DNA of 64,000 nucleotides. Source: a virus. Positions 47,215-58,253 of this stretch are shown here, piece by piece (position 1 is the first letter of the stretch; each line of letters begins with the position of its first letter). Under the pieces are notes generated by a model, which was not told where the DNA came from, searched no databases, and saw only the letters and a list, made by a program, of their open reading frames with translations. Position numbers and translations under genes: made by a program. Where the stretch lies: the IMG/VR virus record IMGVR_UViG_3300043438_000246, positions 4,051-68,050 of that record. One strand, given 5' to 3'.

Positions 47215-50200
47215 ATGTTTGTTAGTGAAGCATTAAAGACACATCTAGAAACATCTGCAACAATAAGACTTCAGTCATTAGTATTGGCTGAATGGAATAT
47301 GAATATGCCAGATAATCTACAAAAGGTTGGTAATTATAGATACCGACCAACAGATGTTACATCTCAATATTTTACTTTGCCCATTAGTTTTGATTTACTT
47401 GATCAGGGCAACTACTACACTGGCGCAACAGATGCAGATGTAGTAATTGATGGTGGTTTTACAAATAGCAATGTTCCACAACAATTTACATTGCAAAAAG
47501 ATAAAATGAAAATGATTTATTCTTTAGAAGATTGCACAAAACCATTTAGACCAAGATCTGGAATTAACAAGCCACTTTATTTTTCTGGTAGATATATAGC
47601 AAACTCTGGTGCAGATATGGCAGAAAGACCAAGATACTACATGCCATCTCGCTATGATGAGTTTAGATATTGGACTTCTTACAGAACAGAAGATAATTTT
47701 GAGCGTGGTATTGCAAACAACATATCTAATGGTCTTAATTACATAGACGATGCTGTTCCATTTGTTGTTTATAAAACACAGGTTCCAGCAAACAGACTTA
47801 TTGTAAAAATGCAAACAAACACTGGTTCTGTTGACCTTGGTCCATTTGCTACAAGCACTGGCCCAATTGATGATCCCTTGTTTGGAGATGCAAATAAAAC
47901 AACTCCATCAAGATGGAAAGTTCAATATTTAAATGATAATAACTGGGTAGATGCTTACTCATTTAATGAAACAGACACTAGACCAGATGGATCACCAATT
48001 ATTGGTCCAGATGGTTATGTTGAAATAGAATATGGACTTATAGTTCCAGAACAATACAGAGATATTTTTGTTTATGCTGAAACACTAGCATCTGTAACAC
48101 TAAGACCAGATGCTGCACCGATTGGCTATTCGTACCTTGTAATTCCAACTTCGGGAGATCAAGGAACATTTTATATTTATACTGGCACAGGCGAAGATGA
48201 TGGCTACGATTCCTTTGTGCCAGAATATGGATGGACGCTAGGTTCAGAAACAATAACAAATCAAACAAACTTTGTAACAGACTTAACCTCTCCAGAGCAG
48301 TTTACAGACGAAGTTAATGGACAAACAGTTTACAGAGAGTTTGAATATGTTCAGGGTATTAGAGTTGTAGTAGACATAATGAATAAGTTTGACTCTACAT
48401 TTGACCTAATTGAAATGTCACCAAGACTAGTTGTTGATATATCTGATAAGGTAATTGATTTTAATATTACAAAAACATTGTCTGATATTGGTGTAACATC
48501 TTTACCAGTCGGACAACTACTAGCATCAACTGGGTCACTATCAATCTTTGATGACGATCAGGCCTTTAATTCTTATAATACTACAAGTATTGTTGCAGAC
48601 TATATTAGAAAAAATATTAAGTTTAACTTTTATGAAGTCATAGTAGATGTTGATGGCTTTGATTACTATGTTCCAATCAAGACATTATACTCAGAGGGTA
48701 TGCCACAGGCAAATGTAACCGCTGGAACCATTGATATTACTTTACGTGACCTATATTTTTTCTTAGAATCAATGCCAGCACCAAGACTTTTAATGACAGA
48801 AACATCTTTAAGCATGGCTATTGTTACGTTGCTAGACTATATTGGTTTTAGCAATTATTCTTTTAGAAGATTAGATACCGAGTCTGACCCAGTAATTCCA
48901 TATTTTTTTGTTGCACCAGATCAAAATGTTGCAGAGGTTTTAAACCAACTAGCAATTGCAACTCAAAGTGCAATGTTCTTTGATGAATTTAATAACTTCA
49001 TTGTAATGAGCAAAAACTATTTAATGCCAGATACAGATGAGCGACCAACAGACTTTGTGCTATCTGGAACTAATAACCAGACAGATTCGGGGGTAGTTGA
49101 AAATGCTACATCTGGAAACTTACCAAATATAATTAGTATAGCCTCAGAAGATAAAAAGGTATATAACGGAGGAAATATATCCTATACCGCAAGATATATC
49201 CAAAGATCATATGGAAGTATTAGACAAGCAAATATGGTTGATAGAGATAAGACTTGGATTTATAAGCCTGCGCTCTTATGGGAAGTTGCTGGAACAGAAA
49301 ATACTAAAACTATTAATGAGGTTGCCTCTAAGCAGGGCAAGTATGTTCTTGGAGCAATGCCTCTCAATTCTGACTTAACAGGATCTTTGCCAGTTGTTCA
49401 AAACGGTATAGTTATAAATAACGTTATGGACATAGGAGAAAACGTCTATTGGTTAACAAGATATCAAGGATACTTTTATTCTGGTGGAGAAGTAATAAGA
49501 TATGATGCTGCAGAATTTAATATAACTGGAACTGGAAATGTTTGGATTAGCAGTAATCAAGAGTATCAAAAATACTTTTCATCAATACCTTTTAATGGAA
49601 AAATATATCCAACAGGACTAGTAAGGATATTTTCAACACCATACTATGAAACTGTTGATGGAATAAACAGACTACAACCTGGAGCAGTATATGAGCATGG
49701 CAGAGGTCAGTTTGGTACACCAGTAGTTGCCCACACTGCTGGAATTAATCAATATTGGTCAGACAACTCCTACGTTCGTGGCTGTGATATGCAAACACAA
49801 TACTTGTTTACAACAACTTTAGATCAAAATCTTTCTGTACCCGCAACAACACTAGGGGCCGCTGGAGTAAATAACACGCTTGCAAGACAAACCACAAGAA
49901 ATGGTATTATTAAAAATTTTATGTCAACTAGTTATTTGACAGAAACAGATGTAAATAGTCTTAAGTCTACACAGACAGGAACTATTCAATCTTCAGCCCT
50001 TGTAATGAATGGTCCATCTTTTAAAACTACAGAGGTTCCAATTAACTTTGTGTCATATCAATACAAACAACTTGATAATGCATATAGAAGTTTTGGTGCA
50101 AGAATGAGAATTGTTGGAAAGATTGAAAACAACGAAACCCGTGGACAGACACCTATCGGTAGCATATCTTACTACCAAGTAAATAGTGCACAGACAAATC

Positions 50201-51537
50201 AAAATGTCAGCATAGGTGGTGGCTCTGGTGGTTTAGCAATCATGCTTAATCCAGAAACAAACAACGGATACTATTTTGAAATTGTTGCCCTAACAGAAAC
50301 AAATGTTGAGTCTTACTTAAAACTTGATCCAACTGGACAAGCAGAAGTAAACATTAACAACGTTGTTTTTTACAAAGTTAAGAAAGATGCATCAAATAAT
50401 AATGCTATTCCAGTTAAACTTTGGGGTGGTCTAACAAGCATCATTGTTGACGACGGTAGATTTACTGGACAGTATAGACTTTCTGGAGAAGACAAGCCAA
50501 CCGTGTATGATTTAGCAGTAGAGTATCAAAATATTGGAACTCTGCGTAGATTCTATTTATACATTAATAACAAGTTAATTAAGATTGTTGACGATCCAGA
50601 TCCACTACCAGTTTATAACAATATTGCTCTTTTTGTTAGAGGATCTTCCAGAGTAATGTTTGAAAACCTATATGCCATAACAAATAACTATTCACAAAAT
50701 ACCGTATCTGTAGTAGGAGAAACCCTTTCTGATGTATTTGGAGATAGTGAAATTGACGCAAATGAATCATTTAGAAAATATGCAATAAGTGGTTTAGTTC
50801 AGGGAACATATCTTACGGGAATAAGTTCAGAACAACCACCAAAATATAACATGTATTTTGAAGAGTTTGGTTCTATTATGCGTGAATGTGCTTACTTTGA
50901 TGTTAAGTATGATCGTTCCTACCCCGCACTATACGCACAACTATCTCCAACATTTAACAGAATCAAAGGCTATACAGTCTCTGGTTTCCAAGCAGACTCA
51001 TATGGAGCAGAGTTCTTAATCTTTAATGCCTCTGACACTGCTCTCAATCTTGATGAAACAACTGGCAACTATCTAAGAATTCAGGGTATTACATTTACAC
51101 AAGATACTTCTTATCAATTAACCGTAGATGAATACTTTAAGAAACAAGGAAATCTATCAGATCCAGAACTACAGGGAAGCACACTAATAACATCTCCTCT
51201 TGTAGAAAAAGCAAAGTATGATGAGATTAAACTAAGTAGATTGATCTATGGAAAGAATGATTTTTCAATTGAAACACCTTACATTCAAAGCCAGGATGAT
51301 GCAAATGAATTAATGGGTTGGATTATTAACAAAGTAATGCGTCCTAAGAAATCAATTGGTATTAACCTGTTTTCTATTCCAACATTACAACTAGGAGACA
51401 TTGTTACAATTGATTATAAAAATAGTGATGACTTAGACCTTGTTGCAGAAGCATCAGACAGGTTTGTAGTTTATAACATTGGATACAATAGATCTTTGTC
51501 TGGTCCATCTATGACAGTATATTTGAGCGAGGTGTAA
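47215..51537 (+). CDS. Large tail tip/hub protein
   Basis: 1440 aa; L.QLA..TQ.AMFFDE, P.LQLGDIV.I motifs. Confidence 0.75.
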   Translation: MFVSEALKTHLETSATIRLQSLVLAEWNMNMPDNLQKVGNYRYRPTDVTSQYFTLPISFDLLDQGNYYTGATDADVVIDGGFTNSNVPQQFTLQKDKMKMIYSLEDCTKPFRPRSGINKPLYFSGRYIANSGADMAERPRYYMPSRYDEFRYWTSYRTEDNFERGIANNISNGLNYIDDAVPFVVYKTQVPANRLIVKMQTNTGSVDLGPFATSTGPIDDPLFGDANKTTPSRWKVQYLNDNNWVDAYSFNETDTRPDGSPIIGPDGYVEIEYGLIVPEQYRDIFVYAETLASVTLRPDAAPIGYSYLVIPTSGDQGTFYIYTGTGEDDGYDSFVPEYGWTLGSETITNQTNFVTDLTSPEQFTDEVNGQTVYREFEYVQGIRVVVDIMNKFDSTFDLIEMSPRLVVDISDKVIDFNITKTLSDIGVTSLPVGQLLASTGSLSIFDDDQAFNSYNTTSIVADYIRKNIKFNFYEVIVDVDGFDYYVPIKTLYSEGMPQANVTAGTIDITLRDLYFFLESMPAPRLLMTETSLSMAIVTLLDYIGFSNYSFRRLDTESDPVIPYFFVAPDQNVAEVLNQLAIATQSAMFFDEFNNFIVMSKNYLMPDTDERPTDFVLSGTNNQTDSGVVENATSGNLPNIISIASEDKKVYNGGNISYTARYIQRSYGSIRQANMVDRDKTWIYKPALLWEVAGTENTKTINEVASKQGKYVLGAMPLNSDLTGSLPVVQNGIVINNVMDIGENVYWLTRYQGYFYSGGEVIRYDAAEFNITGTGNVWISSNQEYQKYFSSIPFNGKIYPTGLVRIFSTPYYETVDGINRLQPGAVYEHGRGQFGTPVVAHTAGINQYWSDNSYVRGCDMQTQYLFTTTLDQNLSVPATTLGAAGVNNTLARQTTRNGIIKNFMSTSYLTETDVNSLKSTQTGTIQSSALVMNGPSFKTTEVPINFVSYQYKQLDNAYRSFGARMRIVGKIENNETRGQTPIGSISYYQVNSAQTNQNVSIGGGSGGLAIMLNPETNNGYYFEIVALTETNVESYLKLDPTGQAEVNINNVVFYKVKKDASNNNAIPVKLWGGLTSIIVDDGRFTGQYRLSGEDKPTVYDLAVEYQNIGTLRRFYLYINNKLIKIVDDPDPLPVYNNIALFVRGSSRVMFENLYAITNNYSQNTVSVVGETLSDVFGDSEIDANESFRKYAISGLVQGTYLTGISSEQPPKYNMYFEEFGSIMRECAYFDVKYDRSYPALYAQLSPTFNRIKGYTVSGFQADSYGAEFLIFNASDTALNLDETTGNYLRIQGITFTQDTSYQLTVDEYFKKQGNLSDPELQGSTLITSPLVEKAKYDEIKLSRLIYGKNDFSIETPYIQSQDDANELMGWIINKVMRPKKSIGINLFSIPTLQLGDIVTIDYKNSDDLDLVAEASDRFVVYNIGYNRSLSGPSMTVYLSEV

Positions 51538-51538
51538 A

Positions 51539-52042
51539 ATGACAAACAGTAATTCTATCTCAGCAACTCCGCTTACTCCATCAACAATTGGCTTGGCGGT
51601 ATCAAGCAGCAATATTAATCCAGTATTGACTGCCCCAATAGATACAATTCTATTTAATGATGACTCTGTTCCAATAGAGATAATGTCAGACCTTATCTTT
51701 GAAAATATTGGTGGACAAGAATTAATTAATATTGCTCGTAATGATACAGTTAATGGACAAACAATTTTATATCAGCCAATTAAAAATCTAACAGCAGTTC
51801 AACAACAGTACAATCCTAATAATATAGTTAGTCTTCAAGCAACTTCAGATAAATACTTTCAAAACTTTTCTATTAAGTTTGATGAAAAAGTTCCCACAGA
51901 GGGAACTGGTCCAGATGGATCTCATGTTTATATTGATCCAGAAACTGGAGAACTGGTTGTTGAAGCCGTTAATATGGCGGAAGATGAACAAATAGAACTA
52001 GAAATTACCATCAGTGGTACAATATATGAGGCGGACATTTAA
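51539..52042 (+). CDS. Hypothetical tail protein
   Basis: ORF track, operon position. Confidence 0.65.
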   Translation: MTNSNSISATPLTPSTIGLAVSSSNINPVLTAPIDTILFNDDSVPIEIMSDLIFENIGGQELINIARNDTVNGQTILYQPIKNLTAVQQQYNPNNIVSLQATSDKYFQNFSIKFDEKVPTEGTGPDGSHVYIDPETGELVVEAVNMAEDEQIELEITISGTIYEADI

Positions 52043-53194
52043 ATGATAACTGACACTGGAAAATCGATAATTGGTAAGTATTTGCTTGGACAGGCTCCAG
52101 CATACGCTTCATACATTGCCGTTGGCTGTGGGGCGCAACCACTTGAAACCGCAGACCCATACGGAGATTACTCTGAAAAACAAAATCTAGACTTTGAAAT
52201 GTTTCGTGTTCCCATATCATCTAGAGGATTTGTAAATGACGGTGCAACAGAAAAACTAGTCCTTACAGCAGAATTGCCAACAGAAGAAAGATATGAGATT
52301 ACAGAGATTGGTCTTTACTCAGCAGGATCAAACCCATCGGCTGGTGCCTATGATAGCAAAACTGTTTTTGCATTTACACAGGGAGAAAACTGGCAATACC
52401 ATACAGCAGTAGCAGCAACATCTATTCCCACAATTACAGAACCTCTTGATGACCCATTAGATGATAACGTAATTGCAACAGCAGATCCAGTATTTCAAAC
52501 AAATGCAGATAACTCAATTTTTTATAAATCTCCACGTCCAGAAAGATATGAACGTGCAAGATTTTTAAATAATATTATTTTAATTCAAGGAGATGACTCA
52601 GACTTAACTATTGATGCAAGTACTGGCGCTCCTGCTGGACACTTTGTTATTGAGGCTGGATCTAATCACATACACCTAACTGGAGCAGATGTTAATTTTA
52701 GTAGAAACTCTCCGATAGATGAACTAAGGCTTGCATTTTCTATTATTAGCAAAGACGGAGATTCCGCATCAGTTCCAGATACAGTTAGAATATTAGTTGA
52801 CTTTGCATCAACGGACTCAGAAACTCCAGATGAGTTTGCTAGATTTGAAATTGAACTAGATAATGGAAATGGAAGCGGGGCAACATACGATTTTGCTGCT
52901 AACAGATATTATGTAGCATCTACACAACTACAAGAGTTATACCAGACACAAGGTTTTACTTGGAATGCTGTTACTGTAGTTAAAATTTATGCTTGTGCTA
53001 TCGTATCAAATGTACCTTCTGATGACTACTATATTGCACTTGATGCTCTTAGACTAGAAAATATTGCAACAACAAATCCTTTGTATGGATTAACTGGATA
53101 CTCGGTTGTAAAAAATACAGATGCAGAAACAATTGTTAAATCACCAAATACAAGTAATTATATCGAATTTAGATTTTCTGTTGGGGTAACGTAA
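52043..53194 (+). CDS. Tail or baseplate protein
   Basis: MIT..GK..I.KYL, YIAVG.G, L.FE.FR.P, ITEIGLY motifs. Confidence 0.7.
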   Translation: MITDTGKSIIGKYLLGQAPAYASYIAVGCGAQPLETADPYGDYSEKQNLDFEMFRVPISSRGFVNDGATEKLVLTAELPTEERYEITEIGLYSAGSNPSAGAYDSKTVFAFTQGENWQYHTAVAATSIPTITEPLDDPLDDNVIATADPVFQTNADNSIFYKSPRPERYERARFLNNIILIQGDDSDLTIDASTGAPAGHFVIEAGSNHIHLTGADVNFSRNSPIDELRLAFSIISKDGDSASVPDTVRILVDFASTDSETPDEFARFEIELDNGNGSGATYDFAANRYYVASTQLQELYQTQGFTWNAVTVVKIYACAIVSNVPSDDYYIALDALRLENIATTNPLYGLTGYSVVKNTDAETIVKSPNTSNYIEFRFSVGVT

Positions 53195-53724
53195 TGGCTA
53201 ATGAAACAATTAAAAAATTTAAGGTACCACTTACAGATATGCCACCAATTAGTAGCATAACTGAAGGATATGATTTAAGATATAGGGTTATATCATCAGA
53301 TAAAAACAGAACTTCTCATTGGTCTCCAGTATATTTAATTCAGCCAGACTACACATTTACTCCTGGAGTTATTGCATTTAATAAAGCGGGAAGCATTGCT
53401 AGCCTTGTATGGGACTCAGTTAGCATTAATAAAATAGATGGAGCAAGTACTTATTTTATTAGAAAAGAATCTCAGTATGATTTTTGGGTAAGATGGGATA
53501 GAGGTGGAAGTAATGGTGATTGGTTATATAAAGAAAGATTGTCAACAACTTCTTTGTCTATTCCAGTTCCGTCTACATATACCGTAAACGGTGTAGTTCA
53601 ACCAAGCCCACCAAATAGAATGAGTGTTGAAGTTTACCTTCCAGGATATCCAATTCAAAGATCAGATGGTGCTGCTGGAACACCGTTTTTAAAAGTTTAC
53701 AGACTTCTCAATGAGACTGTTTAA
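53194..53724 (+). CDS. Tail protein (Fn3-like)
   Basis: Y.LRYRVIS.D.NR.SHWS. Confidence 0.6.
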   Translation: MANETIKKFKVPLTDMPPISSITEGYDLRYRVISSDKNRTSHWSPVYLIQPDYTFTPGVIAFNKAGSIASLVWDSVSINKIDGASTYFIRKESQYDFWVRWDRGGSNGDWLYKERLSTTSLSIPVPSTYTVNGVVQPSPPNRMSVEVYLPGYPIQRSDGAAGTPFLKVYRLLNETV

Positions 53725-53742
53725 TGATATAATGGAGAGATA

Positions 53743-54186
53743 ATGGCTAAAGTACCGCTACCAGAACGAGGACAACCTCTAGATTTAACATACATTTATC
53801 AATTAGTTGATACTGTTAATGATTTATCTACACAGGTTTCATCAGCAACCTATAACTATACAACAGTTGATACTATTTCTGCTGGAAAGCAGAGCATAAA
53901 AACATCTGAAGCAAGAGTTGTTGGTGGCTATGTAGAGGTTGCAAATAACTCTACAGTAAGTGCTGGAAATGAAAAAACATTTGCGTATGATTTTCCTTCA
54001 GATTTTAAGTATGCTCCAATTGCGTCCGCAACGGCGGTAAATATTGGAAATACTCCAGCGGGTCAAAACGTTAATGTTATTTTAAAGAGTGTAACAACTT
54101 CAAGAGTAGAAGGCATTGTAAGATTTGGTGCATCTGGAGATCTTTCTCTAGCAGTCCACCTTATTATTATTGGTATACCAAACTAA
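53743..54186 (+). CDS. Short fibre-like tail protein
   Basis: C-terminal F...F...P...AT...V.LI.IG domain. Confidence 0.6.
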   Translation: MAKVPLPERGQPLDLTYIYQLVDTVNDLSTQVSSATYNYTTVDTISAGKQSIKTSEARVVGGYVEVANNSTVSAGNEKTFAYDFPSDFKYAPIASATAVNIGNTPAGQNVNVILKSVTTSRVEGIVRFGASGDLSLAVHLIIIGIPN

Positions 54187-54199
54187 AGGGGACTGGGTA

Positions 54200-54388
54200 A
54201 TGCATTGTGGGAAATGCAATGGCAGAATGTTTGTTGACAGACAATATTCTAGCCAAATACATATTGAAACTTATTGCATCTGTTGTGGTTCAAGAAAATT
54301 CTTTCATCCACCTTCAGATAGCAAGGAGGGTAGATGGATTTTAAACCAAGAAAACTTGAGAGCAAAGACTACAATAGTCAGCCTGTAA
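54200..54388 (+). CDS. Zn-finger protein
   Basis: CGKCNGRMF.D...CICCG. Confidence 0.75.
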   Translation: MHCGKCNGRMFVDRQYSSQIHIETYCICCGSRKFFHPPSDSKEGRWILNQENLRAKTTIVSL

Positions 54389-54879
54389 TTTCTGGAAACA
54401 AAAATATTTGGTTCCTTAATGGCGATTTAGTTAGACTGCATCATAGTTCAAGATCAACTGGTATGGTTTCTGTTTATAACATAACAAAAGATAGACTAGA
54501 AACATGTTTTCGTGCTGACTTTAGAAAAAATAGACAAAAGGCTTACACTGTAACAGAAACTGCTAAACTTGTCAATAGGCACAGAAAATATTTTCCATTA
54601 TTAATTAAACGAGGAGTCATTCCTCCACCAATGGGTTCTCAACTAAACGGGGTACGTCATTGGCAAGTAAGAGCATACTACTCTGAATCGCAACTAAAAG
54701 AGATACGTGATATACTTGCAAGTATACATATTGGAAGACCAAGAAAAGATAATTTAATAACAAACAATATGACTCCTACGAGTCAAGAGTTGACACGAAG
54801 AACTGGCGATGGTATACTGGTTTATACAAGAACTGAAGATGGAAGATTTATTCCAATTTGGAATGAGAGCATTAATTAA
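54334..54879 (+). CDS. MerR/excisionase-like HTH DNA-binding protein (possible regulator)
   Basis: YTVTETAKLVNRH...RG.IP.P...R.YYSE..L.EIR. Confidence 0.7.
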   Translation: MDFKPRKLESKDYNSQPVISGNKNIWFLNGDLVRLHHSSRSTGMVSVYNITKDRLETCFRADFRKNRQKAYTVTETAKLVNRHRKYFPLLIKRGVIPPPMGSQLNGVRHWQVRAYYSESQLKEIRDILASIHIGRPRKDNLITNNMTPTSQELTRRTGDGILVYTRTEDGRFIPIWNESIN

Positions 54880-55124
54880 TGGAGGCAATGGTGGAAGAAA
54901 TTACAGAGAACGTTATTGAAAGACAAAACACAAAGGTATCTGCAACACTTGGATACACGCTTAATCTAGGTAACTTTCAATCACTAAGAGTTGATCTTGG
55001 TGTTGTTGATTATACTCGTGAGGGCGAGACAACAAATGAGGCCATGGATCGTATCTATGCATTTGTTGAAAACAAAGTAATCGAAAAAGTAAACGAAGCA
55101 AAAGCCGAAATCGTAGCAGAGTAG
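54879..55124 (+). CDS. Conserved hypothetical phage protein
   Basis: GYTLNLGNFQSLRVD motif. Confidence 0.75.
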   Translation: MEAMVEEITENVIERQNTKVSATLGYTLNLGNFQSLRVDLGVVDYTREGETTNEAMDRIYAFVENKVIEKVNEAKAEIVAE

Positions 55125-55125
55125 A

Positions 55126-55434
55126 GTGGCTGAACGCAAAGACCGAATGGCTTTGCTCAGTCGCTACAACAAACTTTACTTGCAGAGATATGAGCAAAAG
55201 TCCAACATCAACTTAAATGTTGAGCAATGGGCATCTGATGCCCTTGTTGAATCGTATGGGATTTCTGCTTGCTATGACTTATTGGACTATTACTTTGGTG
55301 TAGCGCAAGATCCTACTTGGAACTTCTTTGCCTACAATGCAGAAAAAATTCTTAATGGTAAACTTGATAAAGAGCAAGACGACACAGAACGTAAAGAGCG
55401 TAGGGTAAAAGCAAAGGAGTGGTTAAGTGAATAA
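55126..55434 (+). CDS. Hypothetical protein coupled to the helicase (possible loader)
   Basis: ORF track; overlaps the dnaB start. Confidence 0.65.
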   Translation: MAERKDRMALLSRYNKLYLQRYEQKSNINLNVEQWASDALVESYGISACYDLLDYYFGVAQDPTWNFFAYNAEKILNGKLDKEQDDTERKERRVKAKEWLSE

Positions 55435-56653
55435 TACAGAGGCAAAACTAATCACTGCTGTTTTAACTGATAAACAAGTTCATGTTTTATTGCAGGCAAA
55501 TGTTGATAATCTTCTTAGAACTCATAATGATGTATGGAATTTTATTAGAAATTATTCAGAAGCAAACTCAACAGTTCCTCCAGTCTCGCTAGTTGTAGAA
55601 AAGTTTAGAGACTTTGTTCCAGCAGAGGGTATAGGTGCAACAAAGCACCACCTAGATGAATTACAAGTAGAGTACCTTAACGATAGTCTAAAAGATATTA
55701 TTCGTAATGCTGCTTCTGAAATACAGCAGGGCGAAGGTCCAAAAGCATTAGAACAATTGATTACAAAAACTTCAGAGTTAAAAAAGAATACATCTACTAT
55801 TCGTGATATTGATGCTACAGATATAGACTCTGCTGTTGCATATTTTGAAAATGTAAAGAAGCAACAAGCACTTGGTCATATTGGAATTAAGACTGGGCTT
55901 CCAGGATTTGATAACTACCTACCGTCTGGAATTATGCCAGGCCAGTTAGGAGTGTTCCTTGCTTACCCAGGTATTGGTAAGTCTTGGCTAGCACTCTACT
56001 TTGCTGTGCAGGCTTGGAAGCAGGGCAAGACTCCATTAATTATTAGTCTTGAAATGTCAGAAACAGAAGTTAGAAATCGTGCATTTACCATTATGGGTGA
56101 GGGTCTTTGGTCACATAGAAAACTTTCTAACGGTGATGTTGAAATGGATATGCTTAAGAAATGGCATGAAAGCAAACTTCAAGGCAGGCCACATTTTCAT
56201 ATTATTTCAAACGATCAGGGTGGAGAAGTTACTCCTTCTGTAATTCGTGGAAAGATTGATCAGTACAAGCCAGACTTTGTTATTGTAGACTATCTACAAC
56301 TTATGAGTCCAAATCAAAAGTCAGATAACGAAACGGTACGAATGAAGAACCTTTCTCGTGAACTAAAGTTAATGGCTATTAGTGAAGAAGTTCCCATTAT
56401 GGCTATTTCTTCTGCAACTCCAGATGATGCAAAAGATTTAAGCAGTGTTCCTACTCTTGGTCAAACATCTTGGTCTAGACAGATTGCCTATGATGCTGAC
56501 TGGGTGTTAGCACTTGGTCGTGCTACCAATAGTGATATTATTGAGTGTGCATTTAGAAAAAATCGTAATGGATTTATGGGAGACTTTTTAGTACAAGCAG
56601 ACTTTGATAAAGGATATTACAGATACAAGGATTTTGAAGACAAAAATGGTTAA
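55427..56653 (+). CDS. dnaB: Replicative DnaB-family helicase
   Basis: IKTG...FD, AYPGIGKS, SLEMS, IVDYLQLM, SRELK..A, I.YDAD, KNRNG. Confidence 0.95.
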   Translation: MNNTEAKLITAVLTDKQVHVLLQANVDNLLRTHNDVWNFIRNYSEANSTVPPVSLVVEKFRDFVPAEGIGATKHHLDELQVEYLNDSLKDIIRNAASEIQQGEGPKALEQLITKTSELKKNTSTIRDIDATDIDSAVAYFENVKKQQALGHIGIKTGLPGFDNYLPSGIMPGQLGVFLAYPGIGKSWLALYFAVQAWKQGKTPLIISLEMSETEVRNRAFTIMGEGLWSHRKLSNGDVEMDMLKKWHESKLQGRPHFHIISNDQGGEVTPSVIRGKIDQYKPDFVIVDYLQLMSPNQKSDNETVRMKNLSRELKLMAISEEVPIMAISSATPDDAKDLSSVPTLGQTSWSRQIAYDADWVLALGRATNSDIIECAFRKNRNGFMGDFLVQADFDKGYYRYKDFEDKNG

Positions 56654-57569
56654 AGAATTATATACAACACAACAAATACACAGAGTTATAACTGGCGCAG
56701 GAATTGACATAGAGGCTGAGTATGGAACTGACTATATAATTTTTTGCCCTTATCATAATAATAATAGAACTCCAGCAGGAGAAGTTTCAAAAGAGTCTGG
56801 TTTATTCTTTTGTTTTGGATGCCAAACAACAAGAAGCCTAATTGAGTTAATTATGCACATGACTAATAGAACATATTTTGAAACTGTTAGATTTATTAAG
56901 AGCAAAGAAACAGAAACAAACATTGAAGCAGTTGTTAACAAGGCTCTGCATCAGATGCCTGACTTTGTTCAGTATGACGAACTATTAATTAAAAGATTAG
57001 GCAAGCAGGCAATTGATTCACCGAGAGCAATGACTTACTTTGAAGGACGTAGACTTACAAAAGAGTCAGTTATAAAGTTTGATCTTGGATACTCAGAAAA
57101 ACAAGATTCTGTAGTTATTCCAATGCAGTCACCAGATGGTATGTCTATTGGATTTGTTGCACGAACTATTGAAGGCAAAGAGTTTAAAAATACTCCAGGT
57201 CTTCCAAAGAGTAAAATATTATTTAATCTTCACAGAGTAAAAGCATCAAAGATAGTTTATGTTGTTGAATCTTCTTTTGATGCTATCAGATTAGATCAAG
57301 TAGGTTTCCCTGCGGTTGCTACCCTAGGGGCAAATGTTTCATCAAGCCAGATTGAACTTTTGAAGCGGTACTTTACAGGTGTCGTATTAGTAGCAGACAA
57401 CGATGAGGCTGGAGCAATTATGTCTGAGAGGCTTACTGAAAAGATGGGCAACTTGGTCACAGTTATTTCACCTGATAAAAAATATAAAGACATAGGCGAT
57501 ATGACAGATGATGAAATTAGAAAACTAGAGTTTCAGTTTGACAATGTTATAGACTCTATGCTAAAATAA
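56646..57569 (+). CDS. dnaG: DNA primase (CHC2 Zn finger plus TOPRIM)
   Basis: CPYH...FFCFGC, VVES.FDA, ADNDEAG, KDIGD. Confidence 0.92.
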   Translation: MVKELYTTQQIHRVITGAGIDIEAEYGTDYIIFCPYHNNNRTPAGEVSKESGLFFCFGCQTTRSLIELIMHMTNRTYFETVRFIKSKETETNIEAVVNKALHQMPDFVQYDELLIKRLGKQAIDSPRAMTYFEGRRLTKESVIKFDLGYSEKQDSVVIPMQSPDGMSIGFVARTIEGKEFKNTPGLPKSKILFNLHRVKASKIVYVVESSFDAIRLDQVGFPAVATLGANVSSSQIELLKRYFTGVVLVADNDEAGAIMSERLTEKMGNLVTVISPDKKYKDIGDMTDDEIRKLEFQFDNVIDSMLK

Positions 57570-57596
57570 TAAAAACACTTATATAAGGAGAAAAAG

Positions 57597-58250
57597 ATGA
57601 CTATTGTAAAGGGATTAAAAAATATCAACGCCCTAGTCGACAAGCCAAAATACGAAGGTACTGGAACAAAAGTTCGTTGGGTTAAGTTAGCAGACGGACA
57701 AGCAGCAAAGATTAGATTCGTTAATGAATTAGATCAAGATTCAGCAAACTATAATGAAGATCGTGGATTAGCAGTAGTGTGTTCAGAACACACAAATCCA
57801 AAAGACTATAAGCGCAAGGCAGCATGTACACAGGAATCTGAAGGACGTTGCTTTGGTTGTGAAATGGCACGTAAAGAGCCTAAGTCTGGTTGGAGAGCAC
57901 GTCTGCGCTTCTACACAAATGTTTTGGTAGATGATGGAACAGAGGATGCTTATGTTGCTGTTTGGTCACAAGGCATTAGCAAGCAATCCGCATTTAATAC
58001 AATTCGTGAGTATGCCCTTGAAACAGGAAGCATCTCAAATCTACAATGGAAGTTAAAGCGTAATGGTCAGGGAACTGAAACCAATTACACGCTTATTCCA
58101 AATGTACCAGATTCAGAGCCATTCAAGTGGGACGGTTATGAATTTTTCAACCTAGATAAGGTTGTTCGTGAGGTTCCTTATCCAGAGCAGGAAGCATTCT
58201 ACTTTGGATTCGACACTCCATCTGCTACCAGCACAAATATTGACTGGTAA
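57597..58250 (+). CDS. Single-stranded DNA-binding protein (gp32-like)
   Basis: KIRF, Zn ligands H...C...C..C, KRNG.G..T.Y, acidic aromatic C-tail. Confidence 0.75.
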   Translation: MTIVKGLKNINALVDKPKYEGTGTKVRWVKLADGQAAKIRFVNELDQDSANYNEDRGLAVVCSEHTNPKDYKRKAACTQESEGRCFGCEMARKEPKSGWRARLRFYTNVLVDDGTEDAYVAVWSQGISKQSAFNTIREYALETGSISNLQWKLKRNGQGTETNYTLIPNVPDSEPFKWDGYEFFNLDKVVREVPYPEQEAFYFGFDTPSATSTNIDW

Positions 58251-58253
58251 TAG